59,260 bases of DNA, taken from IMG/VR virus record IMGVR_UViG_2061766007_004337; one strand, given 5' to 3'. Every line of letters starts with the position of its first letter. The stretch's first letter is position 1. Source of the DNA: an uncultured virus (IMG/VR IMGVR_UViG_2061766007_004337) (taxonomy: Duplodnaviria; Heunggongvirae; Uroviricota; Caudoviricetes). A program made the position numbers and the translations under genes. This document shows positions 17,719-26,763 of the stretch, one piece after another. Under the pieces are notes generated by a model, which was given only the letters and a program-made list of their open reading frames with translations, searched no databases and had not been told where the DNA came from.

Positions 17719-18303
17719 TCAGCCTCCGATAGTCACGGTCTTACCGCCCGCGGCGTTGTCGCTCTCGGTATAGGGAATGGCCGCGACCGTCACCGCAGAC
17801 AGATAGTCATAGCCAGAATCCGGCTGCACTGTCTGAGCGGCGGTGGAAGGAGTCACGCTCTTGGACTGCGCGGTGATAGCTTCGCCGCTGTAGGTGCCTG
17901 TGACACCGAGGATCTCCACGCCGGACTTGATATTGCCCGGGACGATCTTTGCCTGCTCCGTGCCGTCGATAGCGACGCTGCCGGAGCCGTCGTGAAAGCC
18001 CATCGGAATGGTGTAACTGCCGTCAGCTGTGTCGATCGCGCCGGAGACGGAGCCTCTGTTCGGCATCGTGCCGGTCAGCTTGGTACCGCGGGCATAGGCG
18101 GTTTTGCCCGTCAGAATCTCAGCCACAGCAGCGGTGCCGTCCTGTGAATTGACGTCAAAATCGCAGCTGCCGGTGACGGGGGCGCCGGACTTTTCGTGGG
18201 CTGTGTACCCGCTCAGAATCTTGTCTGCCTGGACAGTGTCGCCTGTCAGATCGATCAGAGTCCTGTTGCCGTAAATCACTTTGTTGACATATTGATTAGC
18301 CAT
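17719..18303 (-). CDS. Tail-associated hypothetical protein
   Basis: Thr/Gly-rich; YTIPMGFHDGSG; GGAGGAG RBS. Confidence 0.75.
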   Translation of the reverse strand: MANQYVNKVIYGNRTLIDLTGDTVQADKILSGYTAHEKSGAPVTGSCDFDVNSQDGTAAVAEILTGKTAYARGTKLTGTMPNRGSVSGAIDTADGSYTIPMGFHDGSGSVAIDGTEQAKIVPGNIKSGVEILGVTGTYSGEAITAQSKSVTPSTAAQTVQPDSGYDYLSAVTVAAIPYTESDNAAGGKTVTIGG

Positions 18304-18305
18304 TT

Positions 18306-18602
18306 TCAATCTCCTCCTATAATTGCGGTCATGCCGCGCTGGGTGTTTTCCACCTCATGAAACGGAATACTGCGTATCAGAACATTTTCAGACATCCGTT
18401 TTCCCTCCGTAGCCAGAGACTGTTCGTGTACTGAGGGTGTAACTTCATAAGGCCCGGGATAGGGCGATTCTTCTGCTCCGCCGATCCGGCTGTCAAAGGT
18501 CAAAGAAAAATCCGGCTCCTCTGTAAATCGGAGTCGGATCTTAGCCGTGCTTCTATCGGAGGCTAGCTGGAGTTGAACAGCTGTATCATCATATTTCGCC
18601 AT
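18306..18602 (-). CDS. Hypothetical phage protein
   Basis: YPGPYEVTP motif; overlaps the upstream gene. Confidence 0.65.
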   Translation of the reverse strand: MAKYDDTAVQLQLASDRSTAKIRLRFTEEPDFSLTFDSRIGGAEESPYPGPYEVTPSVHEQSLATEGKRMSENVLIRSIPFHEVENTQRGMTAIIGGD

Positions 18603-18891
18603 CCTTCAGCACCTCTTTTGCGGTGGTAGTTATCACATTGGACGCGATCGCGCGTCCGTCTTTCATTCTCCCTCGCATTTGGATCTGAACAGCACCGGGA
18701 ACAAATTGCAGCGTTTCCGCCTGAGTCAGGACGATTTGGATCGTCTGCCCGGCAACGTCCATTCTGTCCCTCCCCACTTCAAACACGATCGTACCGTGCT
18801 GAGAATAGGTCAGAAAGATAACATCAAAGTCATCAAAGGATATATCCTCGGGGAGAGAAAACGTGTTTGTCGGAGTTGTGCCTCTCCACAT
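18589..18891 (-). CDS. Hypothetical phage tail protein
   Basis: RGTTPT...LTQAETLQF...VLKDGEI. Confidence 0.7.
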   Translation of the reverse strand: MWRGTTPTNTFSLPEDISFDDFDVIFLTYSQHGTIVFEVGRDRMDVAGQTIQIVLTQAETLQFVPGAVQIQMRGRMKDGRAIASNVITTTAKEVLKDGEI

Positions 18892-18901
18892 TTTCCACAC
18901 C

Positions 18902-19309
18902 TCACAGTTTCCACGGCGTATCCGGGATCCTGGCGGTATCTACGCTGTCGATCCACGACGGCTTGTCAGGCGGGGTGAGCGTTTCCGTCACCTTCAGCCA
19001 AGCCAGATACCAGCGTTTCAGCTCAATCCACTGCAGCAGTGTCAGCGCGGAATACCACATGTACCCCCGGTTGATGTATGAGAAGCATTCCGCTTCCCGA
19101 CGCAACCGAAGGTCGGCTTTCTGTTCCTCCAGCTTATCCGCGTCGTCTTTCTCCTTGTCGAAGACCAGCCTCCCGTCCTCCAGCTTGAAGCCAGAGAAAC
19201 GATCGAGGAAGGTGTCAAAATCCTCTGGCGGGTCCAACTCGATGCCGCCATTGTCGCCGATCATGCACCAGCCGTTGACATACCCGTTTTCATTAAAGGT
19301 TACTTTCAT
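18902..19309 (-). CDS. Hypothetical tail-fibre-associated (chaperone-like) protein
   Basis: GGAGG RBS; LRLRREAECFSYINRG...PDKPSW. Confidence 0.7.
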   Translation of the reverse strand: MKVTFNENGYVNGWCMIGDNGGIELDPPEDFDTFLDRFSGFKLEDGRLVFDKEKDDADKLEEQKADLRLRREAECFSYINRGYMWYSALTLLQWIELKRWYLAWLKVTETLTPPDKPSWIDSVDTARIPDTPWKL

Positions 19310-19322
19310 TGTGATCGCCTCC

Positions 19323-21587
19323 TCAATTGACGCCGTATACAGCAATGATCTGCCCGGAGCTGTTCCGGCCCTTATAGGCCAGAGTGACCGTGCTGCCGGA
19401 AAAATACAGATTGAAAGAATAGTAGTAGGATTCGTCCGTGATCTGGTAAGCCACAGCACCAGTAGTAAGCGCAGACTTTGGTACGACGATCGGCGTTCTG
19501 GACCCGGACGAGGCTGGCTGCCCGATTATGATGTAGAAGTTGTAGTTCCCGTAATTGAACGTGGTGCTTCCGGTCGTCACAGTCCCACTGAAAAGCTGCG
19601 TCACAGTAATGCCCAGATTTGATCTCGCTCCGGCCGCTGAAGTGGCGCCTGTCCCGCCATACGCGATCGCCAGTGCGTTCGTGAGCGAGATGCTGTCCCA
19701 GGAATTGCGATCATATGCCGTTTTGACAGCAGCCGCTGCAGCAGCGAGATCGGTGGCGGTAGAGCTGACGCTGTTGACCAGCTTTGTCACCCCGTAATAG
19801 CTGGTCGTTGCCTGAGCAAGATTTACACCGACATAATAGCTGCCGTCGTAAATAAAGAGGACTGTCTGATTCGGACGCCAGATGTAAGTGGACGGGATGA
19901 AGTTTTTGTACTGGACAATGTATTTCGCACCTGTGCCGTTGACGTTCAGTTTCGGCATGGATACAGAGTTGGAATTCGTAAACTTTACGGCAAAGAACGT
20001 CCCTGTGGTCAGCACGAATGTTCCGCTGACAGTGGCGACCTTTTCTTCCGCGTCTTCCGCGGAATCACAGGTGGCGAAGAAAACGCCGCGCGCGTTTCTT
20101 CGGATATACTCCGCCAGCAGCAGGCCGTAAACCTTGACGCTCCAATCCTCGGAGACCTCAAAACAGTTATCCGTCTCGGACACTTTTCCTACCGCGACTC
20201 CCAGACCGCCCGCCTTGAAATCCATCACGACGGAGGCGGTGGAAATCGTCTCCAGCACATAGTAGGAGCCGAAGGCGTCGGTCAATACGAACTTGATGTC
20301 GTAGGAGTAGTCCGTGCTGAGATTGCCGCCGCCGAGGATATACTCAACGCCGCTGGAGAAGGCGGCGCCGGCATTGGTATAGCTGCTGTCAGTGGTCTTT
20401 TTGTAATAGGTCGCGGTCGTGACACTGTTCTTCCCACTGCAGGAAGCGTATGTGAAGGTCACTTTCGCCTTGGCATAGGTCCCGTTTGTGGAAACCGTGC
20501 CGTCGCTGAGGCAGCGCTGTGCGGAGCGGCTCTGGACATACGGGGTGGAATAAGCCACAATGGTAATACTGACTGTGCTTTCATCGGACCAGCGCCCACG
20601 GGAGTCTTTCACTTTTGCGGTAAAAGTTACCGTACCCGCGGTCATGAGGAAGCCTGTTTCCAAAGAATCTGTTGTGCTGGAGTAACCGCCGCCCGAAATG
20701 CTGTATGCGGTAATGGCGGAGCCATAACTCCCGGCGGCATTGCTGATCGCCGCCACAGCCTTGGATTTGCTCTGCACATAAATTCCCCAGGCAGACGGTA
20801 CAGTGCCGTCAACGCGGCTGACAACGAAAGCTCCGATAGTCGGCTTGACCGACGCCGGGACCGACAGATTGACGGTAGAGGTCGACGTGCCGATGAGCGT
20901 ATTGCCGTTGTAGGTATAGCACGTCAGCGTACAGGTGCCGGACGTGCTGTTGGGGATCTGGTTTGCCAGCGTGAGCGGGGGCGTCCAACTGACAGAGGTA
21001 TTGGAGGTCTTTGTAACGATCGTTCCGCTTGCATTGCCGAAGCTGTAGGCCAGCGTATGGGTAAAGCTGCTTGAAGCACGGGTGATGGTGATCGTCCCGG
21101 CCGACCCCATCGTTGTAGCAGACATACTGCAGGAGGATTTGCGGGGAATCGTATGAAGCGCCACGGAGCGGGAGCCGGAGCAGGTGAAGCCGTTTGCGCC
21201 CCGGCCGTCCAGCGTGAAGCCCGTGAAGTTGATCGCAATGGAAACGGATTTGCTGCCATCCGCCTCGCCGGAGATCGTCCCGGAAGACCACGGGGAATTT
21301 GCATAGCCGCCCGCTGCAACGATCTGGTATTCATCGTTCTGGGTCTGAACGGTACAGTTGTGAGTACCGAGGGCGGAATTGAATGTGATGACCTGGCTGC
21401 CGTTGATGGACGCGCTGCCGTTGAGATAGTAGGTAAAGCCATACCAGTTGGAGGATTTGAGCATGATCCTGGTGATGCTCACCACATGGGTATTGGCCGA
21501 CTCGTTGTAGGTCTCAGACCAGTACACGACGGCAGTCATGTTCTGGGAGCCGCTGATGGAAAAGCTGCCGCTGTTGCCTGTTGCCAT
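19323..21587 (-). CDS. Tail fibre / receptor-binding protein (DUF859-like)
   Basis: TIPRKSS, FTHTL, DSRGR, ATTSYYGVTKL...AVKTAYD fibre motif. Confidence 0.8.
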   Translation of the reverse strand: MATGNSGSFSISGSQNMTAVVYWSETYNESANTHVVSITRIMLKSSNWYGFTYYLNGSASINGSQVITFNSALGTHNCTVQTQNDEYQIVAAGGYANSPWSSGTISGEADGSKSVSIAINFTGFTLDGRGANGFTCSGSRSVALHTIPRKSSCSMSATTMGSAGTITITRASSSFTHTLAYSFGNASGTIVTKTSNTSVSWTPPLTLANQIPNSTSGTCTLTCYTYNGNTLIGTSTSTVNLSVPASVKPTIGAFVVSRVDGTVPSAWGIYVQSKSKAVAAISNAAGSYGSAITAYSISGGGYSSTTDSLETGFLMTAGTVTFTAKVKDSRGRWSDESTVSITIVAYSTPYVQSRSAQRCLSDGTVSTNGTYAKAKVTFTYASCSGKNSVTTATYYKKTTDSSYTNAGAAFSSGVEYILGGGNLSTDYSYDIKFVLTDAFGSYYVLETISTASVVMDFKAGGLGVAVGKVSETDNCFEVSEDWSVKVYGLLLAEYIRRNARGVFFATCDSAEDAEEKVATVSGTFVLTTGTFFAVKFTNSNSVSMPKLNVNGTGAKYIVQYKNFIPSTYIWRPNQTVLFIYDGSYYVGVNLAQATTSYYGVTKLVNSVSSTATDLAAAAAAVKTAYDRNSWDSISLTNALAIAYGGTGATSAAGARSNLGITVTQLFSGTVTTGSTTFNYGNYNFYIIIGQPASSGSRTPIVVPKSALTTGAVAYQITDESYYYSFNLYFSGSTVTLAYKGRNSSGQIIAVYGVN

Positions 21588-21598
21588 AATGACTTACC

Positions 21599-22156
21599 TC
21601 ACGATGTGGGATCGCGCCAGAGGATGGAAAGGTTGCCTGAGGCGCGGGGGACAAAATCAAACCAGCCCCTTGCCACATCGCCCAGAGACAGCTTGGTGCT
21701 GATCTCCGCGTTGGTGATGACCAGGGACTGGTTTGAAATGTATGCGATGGGCTGACCGTTTTCCAGAAAAGCCAGCTGCTCATTGGAGAGCTCCGCGGTG
21801 AAGGCATTTCCGACTTTTCCAAGTTCGATCAGAGCGCCTCGGAAACGGATGTACTCCTCCAGCAGCGTCTGGTTTGCCGCCACCTGATCGGTGATCTCGC
21901 TGATGGAGGTCGTGAAGTCCATACGGATCTCAGAGGCGGACTGCGTGATGCTTGTCTGAAAGTCCTGCTGAATGGTTTCCAGCTCGGTTCTTGCAATGTA
22001 CGTCTCAGCAGCTGTAGCCTGTATCTCTTCGGAAGTTTTGGAGATCTCGGTATAGCATTCCCTGATCTCCTGTCTGAGAGCCTCCGCCTCAAGCTCAGAA
22101 TCCGCAATGCTTTGGAAGGTGTTCTGGCATACTGTCAGAAGCGCCATAAGGATCAC
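21599..22156 (-). CDS. Minor tail protein
   Basis: Coiled coil then YIRF...IELG...IAYISNQSL...GNLS. Confidence 0.75.
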   Translation of the reverse strand: MILMALLTVCQNTFQSIADSELEAEALRQEIRECYTEISKTSEEIQATAAETYIARTELETIQQDFQTSITQSASEIRMDFTTSISEITDQVAANQTLLEEYIRFRGALIELGKVGNAFTAELSNEQLAFLENGQPIAYISNQSLVITNAEISTKLSLGDVARGWFDFVPRASGNLSILWRDPTS

Positions 22157-22162
22157 CTCCCG

Positions 22163-23971
22163 TCAGTTGGAGACATCACACTGCAGGGTGATGATGCTGT
22201 CGATGTCGGCGGCGGAGAGGTAGATGACCTTGCCGGTTCTGTCGAAGGTAATCTCGTTGCCGTCCTTATCCTGAGCGTACCAGGTATAGGTAAGCGCCTG
22301 CGTTTCCGTGGCGTCCGCCCAGGCCGAGCCGCTGTATTTCTTCAGTGTTACGGTGCCCGCCGTGTGATCCACCTGGTACCAGAAGTCCCCAGAAGAAGGG
22401 CTGGAAGGAGCGGTCTCCGAGATGTTGCCGAGGAGCGGGTCTACCTCTGTGCGGTTGGTGCGGACGATCACATAAGGGATCACGCCGCCGAGATTGTTCT
22501 TGACAGTGAAGCCGCCGATGGAGAGCATTTCCGAGACATACGGATCGGTCTTATCCTCCACGGTGATAACGTCCACATAGTTCTTGCTGTTGTAGGTCAT
22601 GGTGCAGCGGTACGACTGGATGTTCACAATATCAGCGCCCTGCACCGTGAGAGTATCCGAAGTCGCGCCGTTGATATTGGTCCAGGCTCCGTTCACATAC
22701 TTCGCCCACTGATAAGTCGCGCCGGTAGTGATCGCGTTTGCGCCGGCGTAGGCAGAAGTCGCCAGGAGCAGGCTGCCGGACTGGTTCTGCACTACGGTAC
22801 CGTTGGGAGCATAGATAGAGAACACGACCGCCGCGGCGCCGCCGCTTCCGGCCTTCGCCTTCGTCCACGAGAAATTCTTCGTGACCGTTTGCCCTGCGAC
22901 CGAGAAGGTCAGCGGCACAACGCCAGTCAGAACCGACGCGCCGCCGAGCGTGGCGCTCTTTGCGAAAGTCAGTACGACAGAGCCTGCGGCGGAGGCAGTC
23001 GCGGCAGTATTGCTCTTCACCGTGATGCCCGTCGCCATCGTGCCGACCGTGCAGGAGCAGGCCACCCTGTTCAGCCCCTGGTATGCGGTGAACGGGATCG
23101 TCACATCAGTCGCCGCGGACACAGCGCCGCCGGAACTGCAGGCAATGGCCTGCGCCTCGTTGCCCAGAACAACGGAAATGCCGCCTGTCCCGGAGGTCCC
23201 GGGATCGCCTCTCGGACCGTCATAGATCTTGGTGATGGTGACGGTATCGTAAACATCGGGCTCAGACGTCACAAGTTTGATCTGAGCCACGTTGTTGGTG
23301 AAGACAGCATGCGTGGGCTTGACAACAAGGGTGCCGCCTGTGATATTGCTATTGTCCGAAGTTGTCGGATAATCCGCCCAGGAGCCGGAGCTGTTCTTGT
23401 ACTGCCACTTGCTGATGGTGACGCCCTGCACCTGTGCGGTGAGGGTGGCCTGGTCAGCGCCGACGAGAGCGGAGTCGGTATCGTACTTGAAAACGTAGGT
23501 GTCCGCCGTCACATACGCCAGCTTTGCGTTCTCCGCGTTCTTCACCAGCGTATAGGTGATATCCGAGGAGATGTTGACCGTGTTCCTGGTCTCGCTGTCG
23601 TAGTAGCTGACATAGCAGATATATGTGATCATGCCCGAGCTGGAGGCGGAGAGCTTGTTCTGATTGACCGTCAGAATGCCGCCCGAGACCGATTCGCCGG
23701 AAGTGAGATTGCTCTCCGCGGCGGTGCCGTCTTTCCGTTTCCAGGTGATCGTCAGGCCGGAGGAGCCGAGGGCGACGCTGGTCTGATCCAAAAAGACCAC
23801 AGGCGTCAGGACAAGATTTGTGCTGGCCCAGCTCGGCGCGTAGGTATGCGGGAGAACGTTCGGGTTCTCAGTCTGGGTCTTCGGAAGGTTCGATGTGATA
23901 TACGCCGACAGCTTTCGCTGATCGGTAATGTCAACGAAGGTCTGCTGGCTGGAAGTTAGTACGGTGGGCAT
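22163..23971 (-). CDS. Tail/baseplate structural protein
   Basis: 602 aa, Ser/Thr-rich beta-type sequence in the tail cluster. Confidence 0.75.
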   Translation of the reverse strand: MPTVLTSSQQTFVDITDQRKLSAYITSNLPKTQTENPNVLPHTYAPSWASTNLVLTPVVFLDQTSVALGSSGLTITWKRKDGTAAESNLTSGESVSGGILTVNQNKLSASSSGMITYICYVSYYDSETRNTVNISSDITYTLVKNAENAKLAYVTADTYVFKYDTDSALVGADQATLTAQVQGVTISKWQYKNSSGSWADYPTTSDNSNITGGTLVVKPTHAVFTNNVAQIKLVTSEPDVYDTVTITKIYDGPRGDPGTSGTGGISVVLGNEAQAIACSSGGAVSAATDVTIPFTAYQGLNRVACSCTVGTMATGITVKSNTAATASAAGSVVLTFAKSATLGGASVLTGVVPLTFSVAGQTVTKNFSWTKAKAGSGGAAAVVFSIYAPNGTVVQNQSGSLLLATSAYAGANAITTGATYQWAKYVNGAWTNINGATSDTLTVQGADIVNIQSYRCTMTYNSKNYVDVITVEDKTDPYVSEMLSIGGFTVKNNLGGVIPYVIVRTNRTEVDPLLGNISETAPSSPSSGDFWYQVDHTAGTVTLKKYSGSAWADATETQALTYTWYAQDKDGNEITFDRTGKVIYLSAADIDSIITLQCDVSN

Positions 23972-23984
23972 AGGGGTCTCCTCC

Positions 23985-25433
23985 TCAAATCGTTACTTCA
24001 CAATAAAAGGATGCGTTGTCCGTCACATCCTCTGTGGAAATAGTAATGGTCTTCATGCCGGTATGGGCGGCATCCCACTCGGCGTCGGCAGTATCGTTGC
24101 CGGAATTGCGGTGCCAGTTGAAAGCCGACGCCGCGAGGGTATCCGTGATCTCCGTATCCCAGGAATATACCTTGCAGCGCATCGTGCTCCGCTGGGCCTT
24201 GTCCCGGAAAATACTCACGCCCTCCGTGACAAGCTCCGTGCGGTACATTTTGCTGTTGTTGATGGCGTCTACCTGATGGGAAAGATCGTCTGTTCTGCCG
24301 ATCAGGTCTTCTTCCAGGTTTTCGAGGTTCCTGTCCTGCTCGGCGGAGATGGCGGTAAGGCGCACGCCTGTAGCACCGATGGTGATGGTGTTCCCGGCAG
24401 GATTCAGATAATCCCGGGTCCTGCCGACGCACAGATATCTGCCGTTGATACCATGGGGCTTGGAAACGCAGTTCACACACATTCTTGCGTGGATATCCCC
24501 GATATCCGCTCCGGTATCCGACTCATCAACGATAGTGAGCTCCATGCTGGTGACGCCCTTGACCAGATCGATCAGACGCGCCTGTGCCTTGCGGAGCAGA
24601 TTGCCGGGAACGGCCACATCCTCCCAGATCTCTGTCTTCCAGATCCAGCCAATCTCAGCTACAGCTTCTGCGTCATAGATGTATGCTACACCGCCGTTGA
24701 CTCCGGCGATGCCGACCCGCTCATCCGACTCATATTCATTGCCTTCTGCATCGGTTTCGACAATTTTCGACCCCAGGGGAATAAGCGCCGTGTATCTCTC
24801 CGTATGATCCCGGGTGATCTTCACGTCAAGCAGATTCTTTCCGTACTCCACAGTCTGCAGGGTGGTGGTGTCGAAGTCCGCGAGGTAATCCAGTACCAGT
24901 CCACCATTTGTATATCTGACCTGCAGATATCCACCGTGGGTCTTTACCAGCTTGTCCCGGATGGCATCCAGCGTAATGGAGTACTCCGAATTGCTATAGG
25001 CAACATAGTCGTTGTCATCGGTGACTGTGATCCGTCCTATTGTGAACCGCTTCTTTTCTTCCACGGCGTTGTTATGCTCTGAAATGAAATAATTGAGCAG
25101 CCCCGCAAGGCTGCCCCTATATGAAAACGGCTTCTGGACGCTATCCTTCAGATAGGCCAGAGCCGACTCGCACTTCCATGTATGGGTGTTGTAGAAATCC
25201 GAGCCGTCATCCAGGGCGCGGCCCTCGAAAACTGTCGAATTTCCTTTTTTTAGGGTGATCGTTGTCGACATCGGTCGAATGCTGTCGATATATGGGTGAT
25301 TATGGGGAGCGGACAGCGTCAGGCAGTCGATGTTCTCCGCATCCTCATCGACCTTCGCTTCCGTGATGGCCAGCTTCGACATCTGAGGATGAAAAAATAA
25401 CGCGCCGTCCACGTAAATGCGAAACAGGCTCAT
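23985..25433 (-). CDS. Tail spike / Tal-like (prophage endopeptidase tail) protein
   Basis: FEGR, YGKNLLD, TALIPLG; follows Dit. Confidence 0.8.
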   Translation of the reverse strand: MSLFRIYVDGALFFHPQMSKLAITEAKVDEDAENIDCLTLSAPHNHPYIDSIRPMSTTITLKKGNSTVFEGRALDDGSDFYNTHTWKCESALAYLKDSVQKPFSYRGSLAGLLNYFISEHNNAVEEKKRFTIGRITVTDDNDYVAYSNSEYSITLDAIRDKLVKTHGGYLQVRYTNGGLVLDYLADFDTTTLQTVEYGKNLLDVKITRDHTERYTALIPLGSKIVETDAEGNEYESDERVGIAGVNGGVAYIYDAEAVAEIGWIWKTEIWEDVAVPGNLLRKAQARLIDLVKGVTSMELTIVDESDTGADIGDIHARMCVNCVSKPHGINGRYLCVGRTRDYLNPAGNTITIGATGVRLTAISAEQDRNLENLEEDLIGRTDDLSHQVDAINNSKMYRTELVTEGVSIFRDKAQRSTMRCKVYSWDTEITDTLAASAFNWHRNSGNDTADAEWDAAHTGMKTITISTEDVTDNASFYCEVTI

Positions 25434-25460
25434 AAGTGGCCCTCCCTTCAAAATGGCAAG

Positions 25461-25490
25461 AAAAAAGAGCCGTTGGCTTACGACTCTTTC
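25461..25490 (-). terminator. Terminator of the GNAT moron
   Basis: Minus strand AAAGAGTCGT...ACGGCTCTTT then a T tract. Confidence 0.7.
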
Positions 25491-25521
25491 TTACACAATA
25501 TGCGGTTTTTCGATCTGGTGT

Positions 25522-26046
25522 TTAAAGCACTCTCTCGAACAGCAGAAATTTTCTTGGAACCCCGATATCTTCATAGCATATTTCCACGGTGTCAATGTAT
25601 TTGAAGCCGTGATGCTGATACATTCTGTGTGGAACGGTATTCCCCTCAATACAATCCAAACGAACAGCCCTTTGATTCTTTTCCTTGGCGACATGGATCG
25701 CATGCTCGACAAGCTGGGACGCGTATCCCTTTCCGCCAAATCCAGGGTGCACCCGAAGAGCATGCAGAACGGATGCCTGCTCACTCGGAACAGTTATCTG
25801 CCAACTGACTGTGCTATATGCTGGGTCTGCATCGTTATTCAGAATATAAGCAGCCATGATTTGACCGCCTTCTTCGCCAACAAACAACTCAGAATTATCA
25901 ATAGCTGAAACGACCATGTCGATTGGTGGAAATCCACCTTTGTTTCCCTCCGGGAGGAAGTCCTGCTTTCCCAACTCAGCGCACATCATGGCATAGAAGT
26001 CCATTATTTCACGCAAGTCTCCCGCTTTTGCTGGACGAATTATCAT
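25522..26046 (-). CDS. GNAT-family N-acetyltransferase (moron)
   Basis: LHALRVHPGFGGKGYASQL, N...MYQHHGF; visibly more AT-rich. Confidence 0.88.
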   Translation of the reverse strand: MIIRPAKAGDLREIMDFYAMMCAELGKQDFLPEGNKGGFPPIDMVVSAIDNSELFVGEEGGQIMAAYILNNDADPAYSTVSWQITVPSEQASVLHALRVHPGFGGKGYASQLVEHAIHVAKEKNQRAVRLDCIEGNTVPHRMYQHHGFKYIDTVEICYEDIGVPRKFLLFERVL

Positions 26047-26083
26047 TGAGATCTCACCCCGTAACTCAATAAAGGTTGAGCAG

Positions 26084-26112
26084 ATTCTATCATAGAATCA
26101 GCACCCTAGCAA
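26084..26112 (-). promoter_or_regulatory. Sigma-A promoter of the GNAT moron with overlapping palindrome
   Basis: TTGCTA-17 nt-TAGAAT with extended TG; palindrome GATTCTAT-C-ATAGAATC. Confidence 0.7.
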
Positions 26113-26763
26113 TTACAATCTGCCTTCGCGGTAAGAGAAAGTGGTCGTTCCCTCGGAAGTAATAGAGACGCTGTTGCCGCCCTGGACGAGCTCCAGTTCC
26201 GGAAGCTCCCAGGTGCCTGCGCTGAGTGTCTTGTGGAACGATTCTCCGCCTGCCGTCCAGCGCAGTGTGGTTTCCTCAGTAGTCACGACTGTTGGAACGA
26301 CGGGCATATAGTCGTTTTCCAAAGCAGCTATGCCGCTACCGGTGACAGATACGACCGTCTCATCCACGTGGTAGAGATAGGCGTCCGCATCGGTGCAGGA
26401 AAGAACGAGCGTTCCTTTGCCTGTGAGCGGAGCGTAGGTCGGAGCGGCTTCGATCGTGCCGAGCGCGTATAGCCCGGGCTCTTCGCTGCAGATGACCCGT
26501 ACCAGCTGGCCGGAGAAGCGGTTGATCACCTCTCTGACCAGCTGATTGTATTCCGCACGGGTACCGAGCATGGAAAAAGTCAGCGTGAACGACCGGGGCT
26601 GGTAGGATACTCGGCCTAGAGCCTCGGTAAAGCGTATGGGAGAATTCCGTCCGGGAACAACGATGGTGCTGCTCTGGGACTGCGGAGCCGGGAAGTCTAC
26701 GGTTTCCCGCAGCCAGCCCAGACTCCGCATAGACACGCCGTTGATTGTTACGTCAGGGATCAT
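26113..26763 (-). CDS. Distal tail protein (Dit-like)
   Basis: VPGRN...TEALG...Y.PR; directly after the tape measure gene. Confidence 0.8.
   Translation of the reverse strand: MIPDVTINGVSMRSLGWLRETVDFPAPQSQSSTIVVPGRNSPIRFTEALGRVSYQPRSFTLTFSMLGTRAEYNQLVREVINRFSGQLVRVICSEEPGLYALGTIEAAPTYAPLTGKGTLVLSCTDADAYLYHVDETVVSVTGSGIAALENDYMPVVPTVVTTEETTLRWTAGGESFHKTLSAGTWELPELELVQGGNSVSITSEGTTTFSYREGRL

Noticed and set aside
17216..23971. Diversity-generating retroelement or invertible tail-fibre switch
   Set aside because: No reverse transcriptase, template/variable repeat pair or inverted repeats seen
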